A program made the position numbers and the translations under genes. The notes under the pieces were generated by a model. The model did no database searches. It saw only the letters and a list, made by a program, of their open reading frames with translations, and had not been told where the DNA came from. Shown here in pieces: positions 18,743 to 28,265 of a stretch of DNA of 64,000 nt (position 1 is its first letter; every line of letters begins with the position of its first letter). The DNA is taken from NCBI GenBank assembly GCA_041551965.1, contig JBFELU010000006.1, positions 201 through 64,200 on the forward strand, written 5' to 3'. Source of the stretch: Acidimicrobiia bacterium (lineage in GTDB: Bacteria; Actinomycetota; Acidimicrobiia; Spongiisociales; UBA11373).

Positions 18743-19834
18743 TCAGGCAGGAGCGAGCCCGCGCTGCTGCGCCATCACCTTGAAGTCGGAGGGATTGGTG
18801 GCGGAGCGCATGGCCTCGGCGTAGTCGACTTCACCCCGTTCCAGCAGGTTCAAGATCGACTGATCGAACGTGATCATCCCGTAGAACGAACCTTCTGCGA
18901 TCACGTCGCGCAACGACGAGGTGAGTTCGGGATCCGCGATCCGGTCTGCCGCCCGATCGGTGTTCACCATTACCTCGACGGCGGGAACCCTGCCTCCTCC
19001 ATCTGCTTGCTGGAGGAGCCGCTGGCTCACTATCCCCCGAAGGGTTCCGGCGAGGAGCAGCCGGACCTGGCGCTGAAGACCCGGGGGGAAGAAGTCGAGA
19101 ATCCGGTTGATCGTCTCCGTTGCATCCAGCGTGTGCAGGGTCGAGAGGACCAGATGGCCCGTCTCCGCCGCTTTCAGCGATGCGTCGATCGTCTCCATGT
19201 CCCGCATCTCGCCGACGAGGATCACGTCGGGATCCTGGCGCAGAACCCGCCGCATGGCCTCCCCGAAGCTGAAGGTGTCGACCCCGACCTCGCGCTGGCT
19301 CACCAGCGACAGTTTGTCTGTGTGCAGGATCTCGACCGGGTCCTCGATCGTGACGATGTTGGCCCGTCGGGTGCTGTTGATCGAATCGATGATTGCCGCG
19401 AGGGTCGTCGTCTTTCCCGATCCGGTCGGACCCGTCACCAGGACCAGACCGCGAGGCTCCCTTGCCAAGCGGTCGATGACCGGAGGAAGTCCCAACTCCT
19501 CGATGGTGAAGCCGGCCGGGGGCAGGGCGCGGAGCACGATCCCTATCTGGCCCCGCTGCCGAAAGGCATTCACCCGGAAGCGGCCGATACGGTCGTCGCC
19601 GTAGGCGAAGTCCGCTTCATTGGTCTCCTTGAACGGGACCTCGAGCCGCTCGGGGAGCAACGACGCCAGGTAGTGCTCGAGATCCTCCGGGTGCAGCGGG
19701 CGCACCGAGGAAAGCCTCAGCTCGCCGTCCACGCGGATGGCCGGCTTGCTTCCGACCTTCAGATGGAGGTCGGAAGCGTTGGCACCCAGGGCCCAGGACA
19801 GCAACTCATCGATGGTGGGAAGAGATTCGGACAC
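18743..19834 (-). CDS. pilT: PilT/PilU family type IV pilus retraction ATPase
   Basis: ASDLHLK, RFRVNAFRQRG, GPTGSGKTT, TIEDPVE, LRQDPDVILVGEMRD, AETGHLVLSTLH. Confidence 0.9.
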   Translation of the reverse strand: MSESLPTIDELLSWALGANASDLHLKVGSKPAIRVDGELRLSSVRPLHPEDLEHYLASLLPERLEVPFKETNEADFAYGDDRIGRFRVNAFRQRGQIGIVLRALPPAGFTIEELGLPPVIDRLAREPRGLVLVTGPTGSGKTTTLAAIIDSINSTRRANIVTIEDPVEILHTDKLSLVSQREVGVDTFSFGEAMRRVLRQDPDVILVGEMRDMETIDASLKAAETGHLVLSTLHTLDATETINRILDFFPPGLQRQVRLLLAGTLRGIVSQRLLQQADGGGRVPAVEVMVNTDRAADRIADPELTSSLRDVIAEGSFYGMITFDQSILNLLERGEVDYAEAMRSATNPSDFKVMAQQRGLAPA

Positions 19835-19887
19835 CCGCGTCCTTTCGACGAACCTGCAGGTCCTATCGGCCGCCGAGCGGGCCCGCT

Positions 19888-20901
19888 TTACGACGACCCC
19901 CACACCGCCGCGACCTGTGCTGCGACGAGATCGATGATCCGGAAAGCTCGATCCGGAGACACGCCCTCGGGTGGGGCCACCGGTCCTTCCCCATTCACGC
20001 CCCGAATGCTCTCCGCCACCGAGGCCTCGATGGCGGCCAGGTCGTAGCCTCCCTCGAGGAAGAGAATCGTTCGCTGTGCCGGGAGCTCTCCCACGGCAAC
20101 CGCAGCCATCCGTCGATAGTCGGCCGCAGTGAGTCGGAGGTCCGCAAGCGGATCCGCCACGTGGGCGTCGAAACCGGCGCTGATCAACAGCCAATCCGGC
20201 GTGAAGCTCTTGAGGACCGGGCGAACCACCCGCTCCATGGCTTCCTCGTAGGCGTCACCGGCGGTCCCGGCGGGGAGCGGCACGTTCACGATGTGGCCGG
20301 CGCCGGCCTGATCACCATCCTCATCGATCCAGCCGGTACCCGTATAGAAGGGGAACTCGTGCATCGATAGGTACACGACCTCACCCGCCTCGTAGAACGC
20401 CTCCTGGGTGCCGTTGCCGTGATGGACGTCCCAGTCGAGGATGGCCACCCGTTCTCCGGCGGCGGTGATCGCCGCCGCCGAGATCGCAATGTTGTTGAAC
20501 AGGCAGAACCCCATCGCACGGGCCGCCAAGGCGTGATGCCCCGGCGGGCGCACGGCGAGGAACGCGGCCTCCGCCGTCCCGTCCCGCAGTTCGGCGACTG
20601 CTGCCGGTCCGGCACCGGCGGCCCGCAGTGCCGCCTCCCACGACTCCGGGGAGGCGGCCGTGTCGTGGTCCAGATGGCCGCCGCCCTCCGCACAGAAGCG
20701 GCGCACAGCCTCGACGTATGCGGGGTCGTGGATCTCAAAGAGGAGTGCCGGATCCACTTCCGGCGGATCCCGCTCGATGATCTCGGCCCCCGAGGCGCGG
20801 ACCCCGGCAATGGCCGCAGCCAACCGTTCCGGCCGCTCGGGGTGCCCCGGTCCGGCGTCGTGCCGGTCGAACGAGTCGTGGTGGTAGAGCAGCAGCCGCA
20901 C
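19888..20901 (-). CDS. Histone deacetylase family Zn-dependent deacylase
   Basis: GHPERPERL, RPPGHHA, GFCLFNN, DWDVHHGNGTQ, SAGFDAH, LEGGY. Confidence 0.93.
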   Translation of the reverse strand: MRLLLYHHDSFDRHDAGPGHPERPERLAAAIAGVRASGAEIIERDPPEVDPALLFEIHDPAYVEAVRRFCAEGGGHLDHDTAASPESWEAALRAAGAGPAAVAELRDGTAEAAFLAVRPPGHHALAARAMGFCLFNNIAISAAAITAAGERVAILDWDVHHGNGTQEAFYEAGEVVYLSMHEFPFYTGTGWIDEDGDQAGAGHIVNVPLPAGTAGDAYEEAMERVVRPVLKSFTPDWLLISAGFDAHVADPLADLRLTAADYRRMAAVAVGELPAQRTILFLEGGYDLAAIEASVAESIRGVNGEGPVAPPEGVSPDRAFRIIDLVAAQVAAVWGSS

Positions 20902-20986
20902 ACCGTCATCTTCGCGCGCGTCCGAGGCTCCCACACCCTCCCGCCATCTTGGCCACCCTTCCGGGTCGTCGTACCATCCCCAAGCG

Positions 20987-21703
20987 ATGCCAAAGGTCAA
21001 AGTCAACGGCGAGTGGCCCGGTGCGATCACTTTGCGCCGGGGATGGGCGAGAGCCAACTCGCGACCCTGGAACGACACAGTGCCTCTGGCCCACCTACGC
21101 ATGCTCCGCGGCAGCGCCGCGTTCATCGAGGATTGTGTCGAAACCCTCAAGGACCTCGGCGCACCCGGTGTGCTCTCTCCCCCCCTGCCCCTGGCCGCGC
21201 AACGAGTGTGGAGAGAAGCCAACTTCGTTCACCACGCCGAACTGCTGCTGTTGCGGCTCGATCTGGACCGGGTCCCGCCGCCCAATCACCTCGTGGTCAC
21301 CGGAAGCACCTCGGACCTTCGAGAAGCACTCCGCATCGACGCCGCAGCGTTCGACGAGTTCTGGCGGTTCGACCGATCGGCCATGCTCGAGGCGCTCAAC
21401 TCGACCCGCACCTCGGTCATTCACGTCGTTCGCAATGCGTCCGGCGGTCTGGCGGGATTTGCGATCACCGGAGTCGGTGTGGCGCTCGCCTACCTCCAAC
21501 GAGTCGCCGTCGACCCTGCCAGCCAGGGCCGCGGCATCGGGCGGTCCCTCGTTCGAACCTCGGCGCGCTGGGCGCAGCGCAAGGGGGCCCACGCCCTGAT
21601 GCTCAATACGCAGACAGAGAACGAGCCCGCCCTCCACCTCTATGCCTCGGAGGGGTTCCACACGCTCAACGAGCCACTCGCCGTGCTCCGAGACACCGCC
21701 TGA
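20987..21703 (+). CDS. GNAT family N-acetyltransferase (RimI-like C-terminal domain)
   Basis: LQRVAVDPASQGRGIGRSL acetyl-CoA motif A, NEPALHLYASEGF. Confidence 0.85.
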   Translation: MPKVKVNGEWPGAITLRRGWARANSRPWNDTVPLAHLRMLRGSAAFIEDCVETLKDLGAPGVLSPPLPLAAQRVWREANFVHHAELLLLRLDLDRVPPPNHLVVTGSTSDLREALRIDAAAFDEFWRFDRSAMLEALNSTRTSVIHVVRNASGGLAGFAITGVGVALAYLQRVAVDPASQGRGIGRSLVRTSARWAQRKGAHALMLNTQTENEPALHLYASEGFHTLNEPLAVLRDTA

Positions 21704-21760
21704 CCGGGCATCCTTCGTGCCACCCTGCCAGAGTTGGGGCCTCACCACGGGGAAGTCATC

Positions 21761-22591
21761 GTGATCAGGATCGTCACCGATTCGTCCTGCGACCTTCCGG
21801 AGCGGCTGATCGAGCAACACCGGATTGCGGTCGTGCCTCTCACCATCCGGTTCGGTCCCGAGGAGTTCGTCGATCGAGAGGAGCTCACCAACAAGGATTT
21901 CTGGGAGCGGTTGACGACCGGAGTAGCGACTCCCGAGACGGCAGCGCCATCGGTGGGTCGCTTCGATTCGGTCTTCCGGCGCTTGGCAGAAGAGGGTGCA
22001 TCCGGCATCGTGACGATCTGCATCTCCTCGGAGATCAGCGCCACGCACCAGTCTGCGGTGCTCGCCGCCGAGGCATTCGATGCCGTCCCCGTCAGGGTCA
22101 TCGACAGCCGACTCGTGTCTGCCGCTCTCGGCCTCGCTGTGATCGAAGCGAGCGAAGCGGCCGCTCGCGCCGCAACCATCGACGGCGTCGCCGTTGCCGC
22201 CGAAGACGCTTGCGCGGCAACGAGGCTGTTCGCCACGCTCGACACGCTGGAGTATCTCCAACGGGGGGGCCGGATCGGGTCCGCCGCCGCCTTCTTCGGC
22301 GGACTGCTCGATCTGAAGCCGCTCATCTCGTTCACCGACGGGGCCGTCGCAGCAGCGGGTCGCGTGCGCACGCGTCGCAAGGCCGTCGGTGCCGTCGTGG
22401 AGCATCTCGCCGAGGTCGCCGGGAACATCACCGCCCTCGGCGTGATTCACTCGGATCCGCCCGACCTCGACTCCTTCGTCGAACGGGTCACGGCGGTGGC
22501 GGGACGCGAGCCGATCATGTCTCGGCTCGGGCCCGTGGTGGGTACCCACGCCGGACCGGGCGCAGCCGGCGTCGTCTACCGGCTCGGCTGA
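21761..22591 (+). CDS. DegV family fatty-acid-binding protein
   Basis: IVTDSSCDLP, PETAAPS, TLEYLQRGGRIG, GPVVGTHAGPG. Confidence 0.92.
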   Translation: MIRIVTDSSCDLPERLIEQHRIAVVPLTIRFGPEEFVDREELTNKDFWERLTTGVATPETAAPSVGRFDSVFRRLAEEGASGIVTICISSEISATHQSAVLAAEAFDAVPVRVIDSRLVSAALGLAVIEASEAAARAATIDGVAVAAEDACAATRLFATLDTLEYLQRGGRIGSAAAFFGGLLDLKPLISFTDGAVAAAGRVRTRRKAVGAVVEHLAEVAGNITALGVIHSDPPDLDSFVERVTAVAGREPIMSRLGPVVGTHAGPGAAGVVYRLG

Positions 22592-22616
22592 CCGCCTCGC
22601 GGTGTAAGTTGCCTTC

Positions 22617-23198
22617 GTGACCGATCGCGCCGACCAGGATGCGGCACTCGTCGAACGCTATCTCCGCGGGGAGGTTGCGGCGTTCGACGAGCTGATGCTG
22701 GCCCATCAAGATCGCGTCTTCGGGATCTGCCTCCGCATGCTCCGGGATCGGGAAGCAGCGCTGGATGCAGTCCAGGAGACGTTCATCACGGTCTTCCGCA
22801 AGGCGAGTCAGTTTGCCGGTCGCTCCGCCTTCAGCACCTGGCTCTACCGGGTCGCGGTGAATACGTGCCACGATGCGGCGCGCCGGGGGCTGCGGCGCCG
22901 CACCGAGCCGCTCCCCGAGGCCAACGATCCCCCGGACGCCACCGCCGGCGATCTCTTGGCGTCGGTCGAACTCCGGCCCGATCTGGAACGGGCGTTGGAT
23001 GCCCTGCCTTCCGAGTTCCGCACCGCCGTGGTTCTCTCGGACGTCGAAGGCCTCGCCCTGCAGACGGTGTCGGAGATCCTCGGCGTCCCGATCGGCACGG
23101 TGAAATCTCGCGTCTTTCGTGGACGCAAGCTCCTCGCCGAACATCTCGGGAACCTGCGGGCACCCTCCAACCCTCCAACAGAAGAGCGCCATGCATAG
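22617..23198 (+). CDS. sigM: ECF sigma factor (SigM-like)
   Basis: DAVQETFI, FAGRSAFSTWLYRVAVN, GVPIGTVKSRVFRGR; conserved position upstream of trxB. Confidence 0.8.
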   Translation: MTDRADQDAALVERYLRGEVAAFDELMLAHQDRVFGICLRMLRDREAALDAVQETFITVFRKASQFAGRSAFSTWLYRVAVNTCHDAARRGLRRRTEPLPEANDPPDATAGDLLASVELRPDLERALDALPSEFRTAVVLSDVEGLALQTVSEILGVPIGTVKSRVFRGRKLLAEHLGNLRAPSNPPTEERHA

Positions 23199-24009
23199 TC
23201 ACGATCTCGATCTCATCGCCGCACTCGCCGAAGGCAGGCTCGAGGCGGACGCCGCCGCGACCGCCGAAGCGGCCGTCGCCGACTGCCTCCGTTGCGCGGC
23301 CGATCTGGCGGCGCACCGTACGGCGCTCGAGGCGATCGCCACCTCGCCCCCGGTGGCATTGACCGAGCAAGAAGTTTCGACACTGCGAACGGCCGTCGCC
23401 GAGGCGATAGGCATCGCCACCGCACCGGCTCCCACATCGCCACCACCGCGCCGCGTCCCTTGGGGTGCGATCGCCCTGGCCGGAGCCTCCCTGGCCGCCA
23501 TTGTGGCGGTGGTCCCGGTGCTCGGGTTGCTCTCCACCACAGGAGGCGACGACGCCGGGACCGACATCGTGGCCGCCACCATGGAGGAACCGGAATCCGA
23601 GCCGCGTCTCAACGTCGTCGAAGGGTCGCCCGGTGGCGACCTCGACGCCACCCCCCAACCCGCCGAGGCCGCCGACGAAGAAGCAGCCGCCGCCGCCCCC
23701 ATCACGACCACGATGCCGGCGACCACGATCGCCGCCGAAGAGGTCCTCGCCGGCCGCGATCTGATGACATTGTGGGAGGCGCCAGAAGAACTCCAGGCGA
23801 CGCTGCAGGACCAATCCACGATCGAGCGTGATGCTCAGGCTTGCGCCGACGCCGCGCTCGAGGTCCTGGGGCCCGACATGAGGGTCATCGCCGGGCCACT
23901 GATCCACGCCGAGACACCGGTGGTCGCCTACGTCGCCGACGTGGAGGGCACCGCTCGTCTGGTCGCGTTCGATCCGGACGACTGCTCTCTCGTCCTCGTT
24001 CTTCCCTGA
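23191..24009 (+). CDS. Putative transmembrane anti-sigma factor
   Basis: Overlaps the sigma gene; N-terminal zf-like CLRC, a single TM helix, and an acidic extracellular domain. Confidence 0.72.
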   Translation: MHSHDLDLIAALAEGRLEADAAATAEAAVADCLRCAADLAAHRTALEAIATSPPVALTEQEVSTLRTAVAEAIGIATAPAPTSPPPRRVPWGAIALAGASLAAIVAVVPVLGLLSTTGGDDAGTDIVAATMEEPESEPRLNVVEGSPGGDLDATPQPAEAADEEAAAAAPITTTMPATTIAAEEVLAGRDLMTLWEAPEELQATLQDQSTIERDAQACADAALEVLGPDMRVIAGPLIHAETPVVAYVADVEGTARLVAFDPDDCSLVLVLP

Positions 24010-24045
24010 GCGGGGACCCTCGGTCGCCCGACTAACCTCCCCACC

Positions 24046-24354
24046 GTGGAGGATTTCCCGACTCGCATCCCCGAATTCCTCGAACAGGCAACCGGACGTG
24101 TTCGCTCGATGACGGTCGACCGGATGGCCCGATTCATCAAGATCGCCACCCTCGGGCTGGTGGCCACGATGCTGGTGTTCGTCGCCATCCTCTTCTTCTT
24201 CATCGGCGGGTTTCGCATCCTCGGTGAATTGGTCGGCGACATGGAGCTCGCCTACGCGATCGTGGGGGGACTATTCCTCTTGGTCGGAGTGTTCTTCTGG
24301 TTCATGAGGACCAGGACCGGCACGACCGAGGAGTCGGAGTGGCCGAGCGAATAG
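24046..24354 (+). CDS. Small two-TM membrane protein
   Basis: Two hydrophobic helices; overlaps the trxB start. Confidence 0.65.
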   Translation: MEDFPTRIPEFLEQATGRVRSMTVDRMARFIKIATLGLVATMLVFVAILFFFIGGFRILGELVGDMELAYAIVGGLFLLVGVFFWFMRTRTGTTEESEWPSE

Positions 24355-25256
24355 TCATCATCGGTTCGGGGCCGGCCGGCCTCACCGCGGCCATCTATGT
24401 CGCCCGGGCCGACCTGCGCCCGCTCGTCATCGAGGGCTACGCACCGGGCGGTCAGCTCATGCTGACGACCGACGTCGAGAACTACCCCGGGTTCCCCGAC
24501 GGGATCATGGGGCCCGAGATGATGGAGCTCTTCCGGAAGCAGGCCGAGCGTTTCGAGGCTCGCTTCATCACCAGCGACGTGACCGCCGTCGACTTCTCCT
24601 CCCGGCCCTTCTCCGTGACGACGGGAGACGAGGAGTTCTCCGCCGAAGCGGTGATCATCTCCACCGGCGCTTCGGCGCGCTGGTTGGGCATCCCCGGTGA
24701 GGAACGGCTCCGAGGCTACGGGGTGTCCGCCTGCGCCACCTGCGACGGCTTCTTCTTCAAGGACCGCCAGATCGTGGTCGTCGGCGGTGGTGACTCCGCC
24801 ATGGAGGAAGCCCTCTTTCTCACCAAGTTCGCCGACACGGTGACGATCATTCACCGTCGCGACGAGTTCCGCGCCTCGAAGATCATGGCCGCCAGGGCTT
24901 TGGAACACCCGAAGATCGACGTTCGGTGGAATGCGGTTGTCACCGAAGTCGTCGGTGACGACGGAGTCACCGGGGTGAAGATCCGCGACGTCGTGACCGG
25001 CGAGGAGGAGGAGCTACCCACCGAGGGGATGTTCGTCGCCATCGGTCACGACCCAAATACCAAAATCTTCCAGGAACAGTTGGCGCTCACGGACACGGGG
25101 TATCTCCAGACCTTCGACAACACGGCCACCTCGGTTCCGGGGGTGTTCGCGGCCGGCGACGTGGTCGACTTCACGTACCGCCAAGCGATCACCGCCGCCG
25201 GCATGGGATGTCAGGCTGCGATCGATGCCGAGCGTTGGCTGGAGAGCCAGGAATGA
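24339..25256 (+). CDS. trxB: Thioredoxin-disulfide reductase
   Basis: [32 protein letters not shown]. Confidence 0.97.
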   Translation: MAERIVIIGSGPAGLTAAIYVARADLRPLVIEGYAPGGQLMLTTDVENYPGFPDGIMGPEMMELFRKQAERFEARFITSDVTAVDFSSRPFSVTTGDEEFSAEAVIISTGASARWLGIPGEERLRGYGVSACATCDGFFFKDRQIVVVGGGDSAMEEALFLTKFADTVTIIHRRDEFRASKIMAARALEHPKIDVRWNAVVTEVVGDDGVTGVKIRDVVTGEEEELPTEGMFVAIGHDPNTKIFQEQLALTDTGYLQTFDNTATSVPGVFAAGDVVDFTYRQAITAAGMGCQAAIDAERWLESQE

Positions 25257-25276
25257 CCGGCCCACGCGGCGGGGTT
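25250..25276 (+). promoter_or_regulatory. Putative SigR/SigH-type promoter GGAAT-N19-GTT for trxA
   Basis: Matches the actinobacterial thiol-stress sigma consensus and lies directly upstream of thioredoxin. Confidence 0.45.
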
Positions 25277-25322
25277 ATCGCACAGAAGGAGGTGAAGGCC
25301 GCCCAACGGCGGCCTCCAAACC

Positions 25323-25649
25323 ATGGCTGAGAACATGATCACCGCAACCGATCGGAGCTTTTCCGATTTGATCTCGGACGACAAGCCGGTGCTGGTCGAC
25401 TTCTGGGCCGAGTGGTGCGGGCCCTGCCGCATGGTCGCCCCCATCCTCGAGGAGATGGCGTCCGAATACGCCGATCGACTCACCATCGCCAAACTGAACG
25501 TCGACGAGAACCCCCAGACCGCGATGTCCTACGACGTCATGAGCATCCCCACGATGATCCTCTACCAGGGCGGCGCAGAGAAGAAGCGCATCGTCGGCGC
25601 CCGTCCCAAGCATGCCCTCGTCGCCGAGTTGGGCGAGTTCCTGAGCTGA
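25323..25649 (+). CDS. trxA: Thioredoxin
   Basis: VDFWAEWCGPC, SIPT. Confidence 0.97.
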   Translation: MAENMITATDRSFSDLISDDKPVLVDFWAEWCGPCRMVAPILEEMASEYADRLTIAKLNVDENPQTAMSYDVMSIPTMILYQGGAEKKRIVGARPKHALVAELGEFLS

Positions 25650-25676
25650 GAGGAATCTGCGACGATAGGGTTCCTC

Positions 25677-26663
25677 GTGGCGCTCTATCGGAAAGGTGAC
25701 TCCGGAGAGCCGGTTCGCGACATCCAGGACCGGCTCTCCGCGTTGGGGTTCCCCACGGAGCCCGACGCGCCCGGTGTCTTCGGCGGCGGGACGGCCGGCG
25801 CCGTCGAGGCATTCCAACGGTCGCGCAACCTGACCGCGGACGGGCTCGTCGGTCCGGAGACCTGGCGCACCATGGTCGATGCCGGGTTCCGTCTCGGTGA
25901 CCGGCTGCTCTACCACCGGCTGCCTATGTTGCACGGCGACGACGTCGCCGTGCTCCAGCAGGATCTCAACGCTCTCGGCTTCGACGCCGGAATCGTCGAC
26001 GGGATCTTCGGACCACAGACGCTCCGCGCCCTCCTCGACTTCCAGCAGAACCGGGAGATGGCCGAGGACGGCGTCGCGGGACCGCGCACCGTTGCCGAAC
26101 TATCGCTGATGGTGCGGGCAACTCGCAAGATGGGTCGTCACATCGTTCGGGAACGCGAATGGCTCCGAGGCCTTCCCTCCAACGTCGCCGGCCAGCGAGT
26201 CTTCGTCGATCCGTTCTGTCGCGACAACCACGAGGCCGACATGGCCTGGGAGGCCGCCGGGGCAACCGTGGCGGTGCTGACCGACCTCGGGGGGAACCCA
26301 GTCCTGTCGCGCAGCGCCGACACCCGACCCTCAGAACGGCATCGCGCCCAGCACGCCAACGAGATCGCTGCCGACATGGTGATCTCCTTTGCATTGCCCC
26401 GCACCGACGTCCCGGGCGTCTTCTTCTTTGCGTCCTCCCTCAGCCGGAGTGAGGCGGGAGTGGAACTTGCCACAGAGATCGCAAGCCGTCTCGGGCTACA
26501 ACCCCTTGGCCGGATGATGCCCATCCTCCAGGAGACCCGGGCTCCGGCAATCGTCGTTGCCGCACCGAGACTCGATGCCGCGCTGGGAGCCGCGGTCGCG
26601 AACGGCCTCCAGGCCTGGCTCGCCGACCGGGTCGACGATCACTCGTCGCCGAGCGACCGGTAG
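25677..26663 (+). CDS. cwlM: CwlM-like protein: two PG-binding domains plus a degenerate amidase_3 domain
   Basis: Two DG(L/I)(V/F)GP.T PG-binding repeats, RLGDRLL, GDDVAVLQ; position between trxA and parB. Confidence 0.78.
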   Translation: MALYRKGDSGEPVRDIQDRLSALGFPTEPDAPGVFGGGTAGAVEAFQRSRNLTADGLVGPETWRTMVDAGFRLGDRLLYHRLPMLHGDDVAVLQQDLNALGFDAGIVDGIFGPQTLRALLDFQQNREMAEDGVAGPRTVAELSLMVRATRKMGRHIVREREWLRGLPSNVAGQRVFVDPFCRDNHEADMAWEAAGATVAVLTDLGGNPVLSRSADTRPSERHRAQHANEIAADMVISFALPRTDVPGVFFFASSLSRSEAGVELATEIASRLGLQPLGRMMPILQETRAPAIVVAAPRLDAALGAAVANGLQAWLADRVDDHSSPSDR

Positions 26664-27493
26664 ATCCGCTCCAATTCATCGAGGTTTCCAAAGCGGATCG
26701 TGAGTCGACCACCGCCCCGCCGTCCGTAGTCGATGCGCACCGTGCTGCCGAGCCGATCGGCCAACCGCTCCTCGAGAGCGATGATCTCGGCCGGCCGTTC
26801 CCGACGAGCCTTGCGAACGGGTGGCGGTTGCCCCGACCGGACCCTGACCGCCTCTTCCACTCGCCGCACCGGCCATCCCTCGTCGGCGGCCCGCTTGGCG
26901 ACGTGTTCCGCATACCGAGTGTCTTCCAATCCCAGGAGCGGACGGCAATGGCCGGCGCTCAGCTCCCCCGACTCCAGCAGCCGTTGGATGGCCGCCGGAA
27001 GGGCCAACAACCGGAGGGTGTTCGACACCGCACTCCGGCTCTTCCCGACTCGTTGGGCGATGGCCTCGTGAGTCATGCCAAAATCTTCCATAAGTTGCCT
27101 GTAGGCGGCGGCTTCCTCGAGCGGGGTGAGGTCTTCCCGCTGCAGGTTCTCGACCAGGGCCTCCGTCAACCCCGACTCGTCGTCTCCGTGGCGGATGATG
27201 GCCGGGATCTCGGTGAGGCCGACGAGGCGGGCCGCTCGCCAACGTCGCTCCCCCGCCACCAGGCGATAGCTCCCGGGGCCGTCTCCTTCCCGCACCACGA
27301 TCGGTTGGAGAACGCCGACCTGACGGATCGATTCGGCCAACCCCTCCAGGGGTTCTTCCTCGAAGCGGGATCGGGGTTGCTGCGGGTTGGCGGTGATGTC
27401 ATCGATGGGAATGACGGCGAAGCCGGACTCTCCCTGCTCGGCGGGGAGCAGTGCATCGAGACCCCGACCCAATCCGGACTTACGCGCGGCCAT
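26639..27493 (-). CDS. parB: Chromosome partitioning protein ParB
   Basis: GLGRGLDALL, NPQQPR, AGERRWRAA, ENLQREDL, HTH. Confidence 0.96.
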   Translation of the reverse strand: MAARKSGLGRGLDALLPAEQGESGFAVIPIDDITANPQQPRSRFEEEPLEGLAESIRQVGVLQPIVVREGDGPGSYRLVAGERRWRAARLVGLTEIPAIIRHGDDESGLTEALVENLQREDLTPLEEAAAYRQLMEDFGMTHEAIAQRVGKSRSAVSNTLRLLALPAAIQRLLESGELSAGHCRPLLGLEDTRYAEHVAKRAADEGWPVRRVEEAVRVRSGQPPPVRKARRERPAEIIALEERLADRLGSTVRIDYGRRGGGRLTIRFGNLDELERIYRSLGDE

Positions 27494-28265
27494 GTCTCCT
27501 CCTGAACTCGTCGGCGAGGGCGCGGTAGGCGATCGCCCCGCGACTCATCGGATCGAACGACTCGATCGGCTCTCCGAACGAGGGGGCCTCGGCCAACCGC
27601 ACCGTCCTGGGGATCACCGTCTTGTAAGCCTTGTCGCCGAAGTGATCCCGAACCTGGAGCGCCACGTCGGCAGCCAGGGTGGTGCGACGATCGTACATGG
27701 TGAGCACGACACCTTCAATCTCCAGTTGAGGATTAAGGTTCTGTTGGATCAGCCCGATATTGCGCAACAACTGGGTCAATCCCTCCAGGGCGTAATACTC
27801 GCATTGGATCGGGATCAAGACTTCGCGCGCCGCCGTCAGTGCGTTGACCGTGATCAACCCCAGTGAGGGAGGGCAGTCGACGAAGATGGCGTCGAAGCGG
27901 TGGTCCAACTGCTGCAGAGCGCGTTCCAGGCGCCGCTCCCGCGACATCTGATTCACCAACTCGATCTCGGCCCCGGCCAGATCGATCGAGGAAGGCACCA
28001 CAAACAGATCGCGCACGCTGGTCGGCTCGATGGCGTCCTCCAGGGGGATCTCCCCCACGATGACATCGTAGACCGAGGCCCGCACCGCCCCATGATCGAT
28101 CCCCAGACCGGATGTGGCATTGGCCTGGGGGTCGGCGTCGACGACGAGGACTCGTTCCCCTTGGAGGGCCAGGGCCGCCCCGAGATTGACGGCCGTGGTC
28201 GACTTGCCGACGCCACCCTTCTGATTGGCAACGGCAACCACCAGTGAGCCCGGAGGATCAAACAC
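27480..28265 (-). CDS. parA: Chromosome partitioning ATPase ParA/Soj
   Basis: NQKGGVGKST, DPQANATSGLG, DCPPSLG, QCEYYALEG. Confidence 0.96.
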   Translation of the reverse strand: MFDPPGSLVVAVANQKGGVGKSTTAVNLGAALALQGERVLVVDADPQANATSGLGIDHGAVRASVYDVIVGEIPLEDAIEPTSVRDLFVVPSSIDLAGAEIELVNQMSRERRLERALQQLDHRFDAIFVDCPPSLGLITVNALTAAREVLIPIQCEYYALEGLTQLLRNIGLIQQNLNPQLEIEGVVLTMYDRRTTLAADVALQVRDHFGDKAYKTVIPRTVRLAEAPSFGEPIESFDPMSRGAIAYRALADEFRRRHGRA

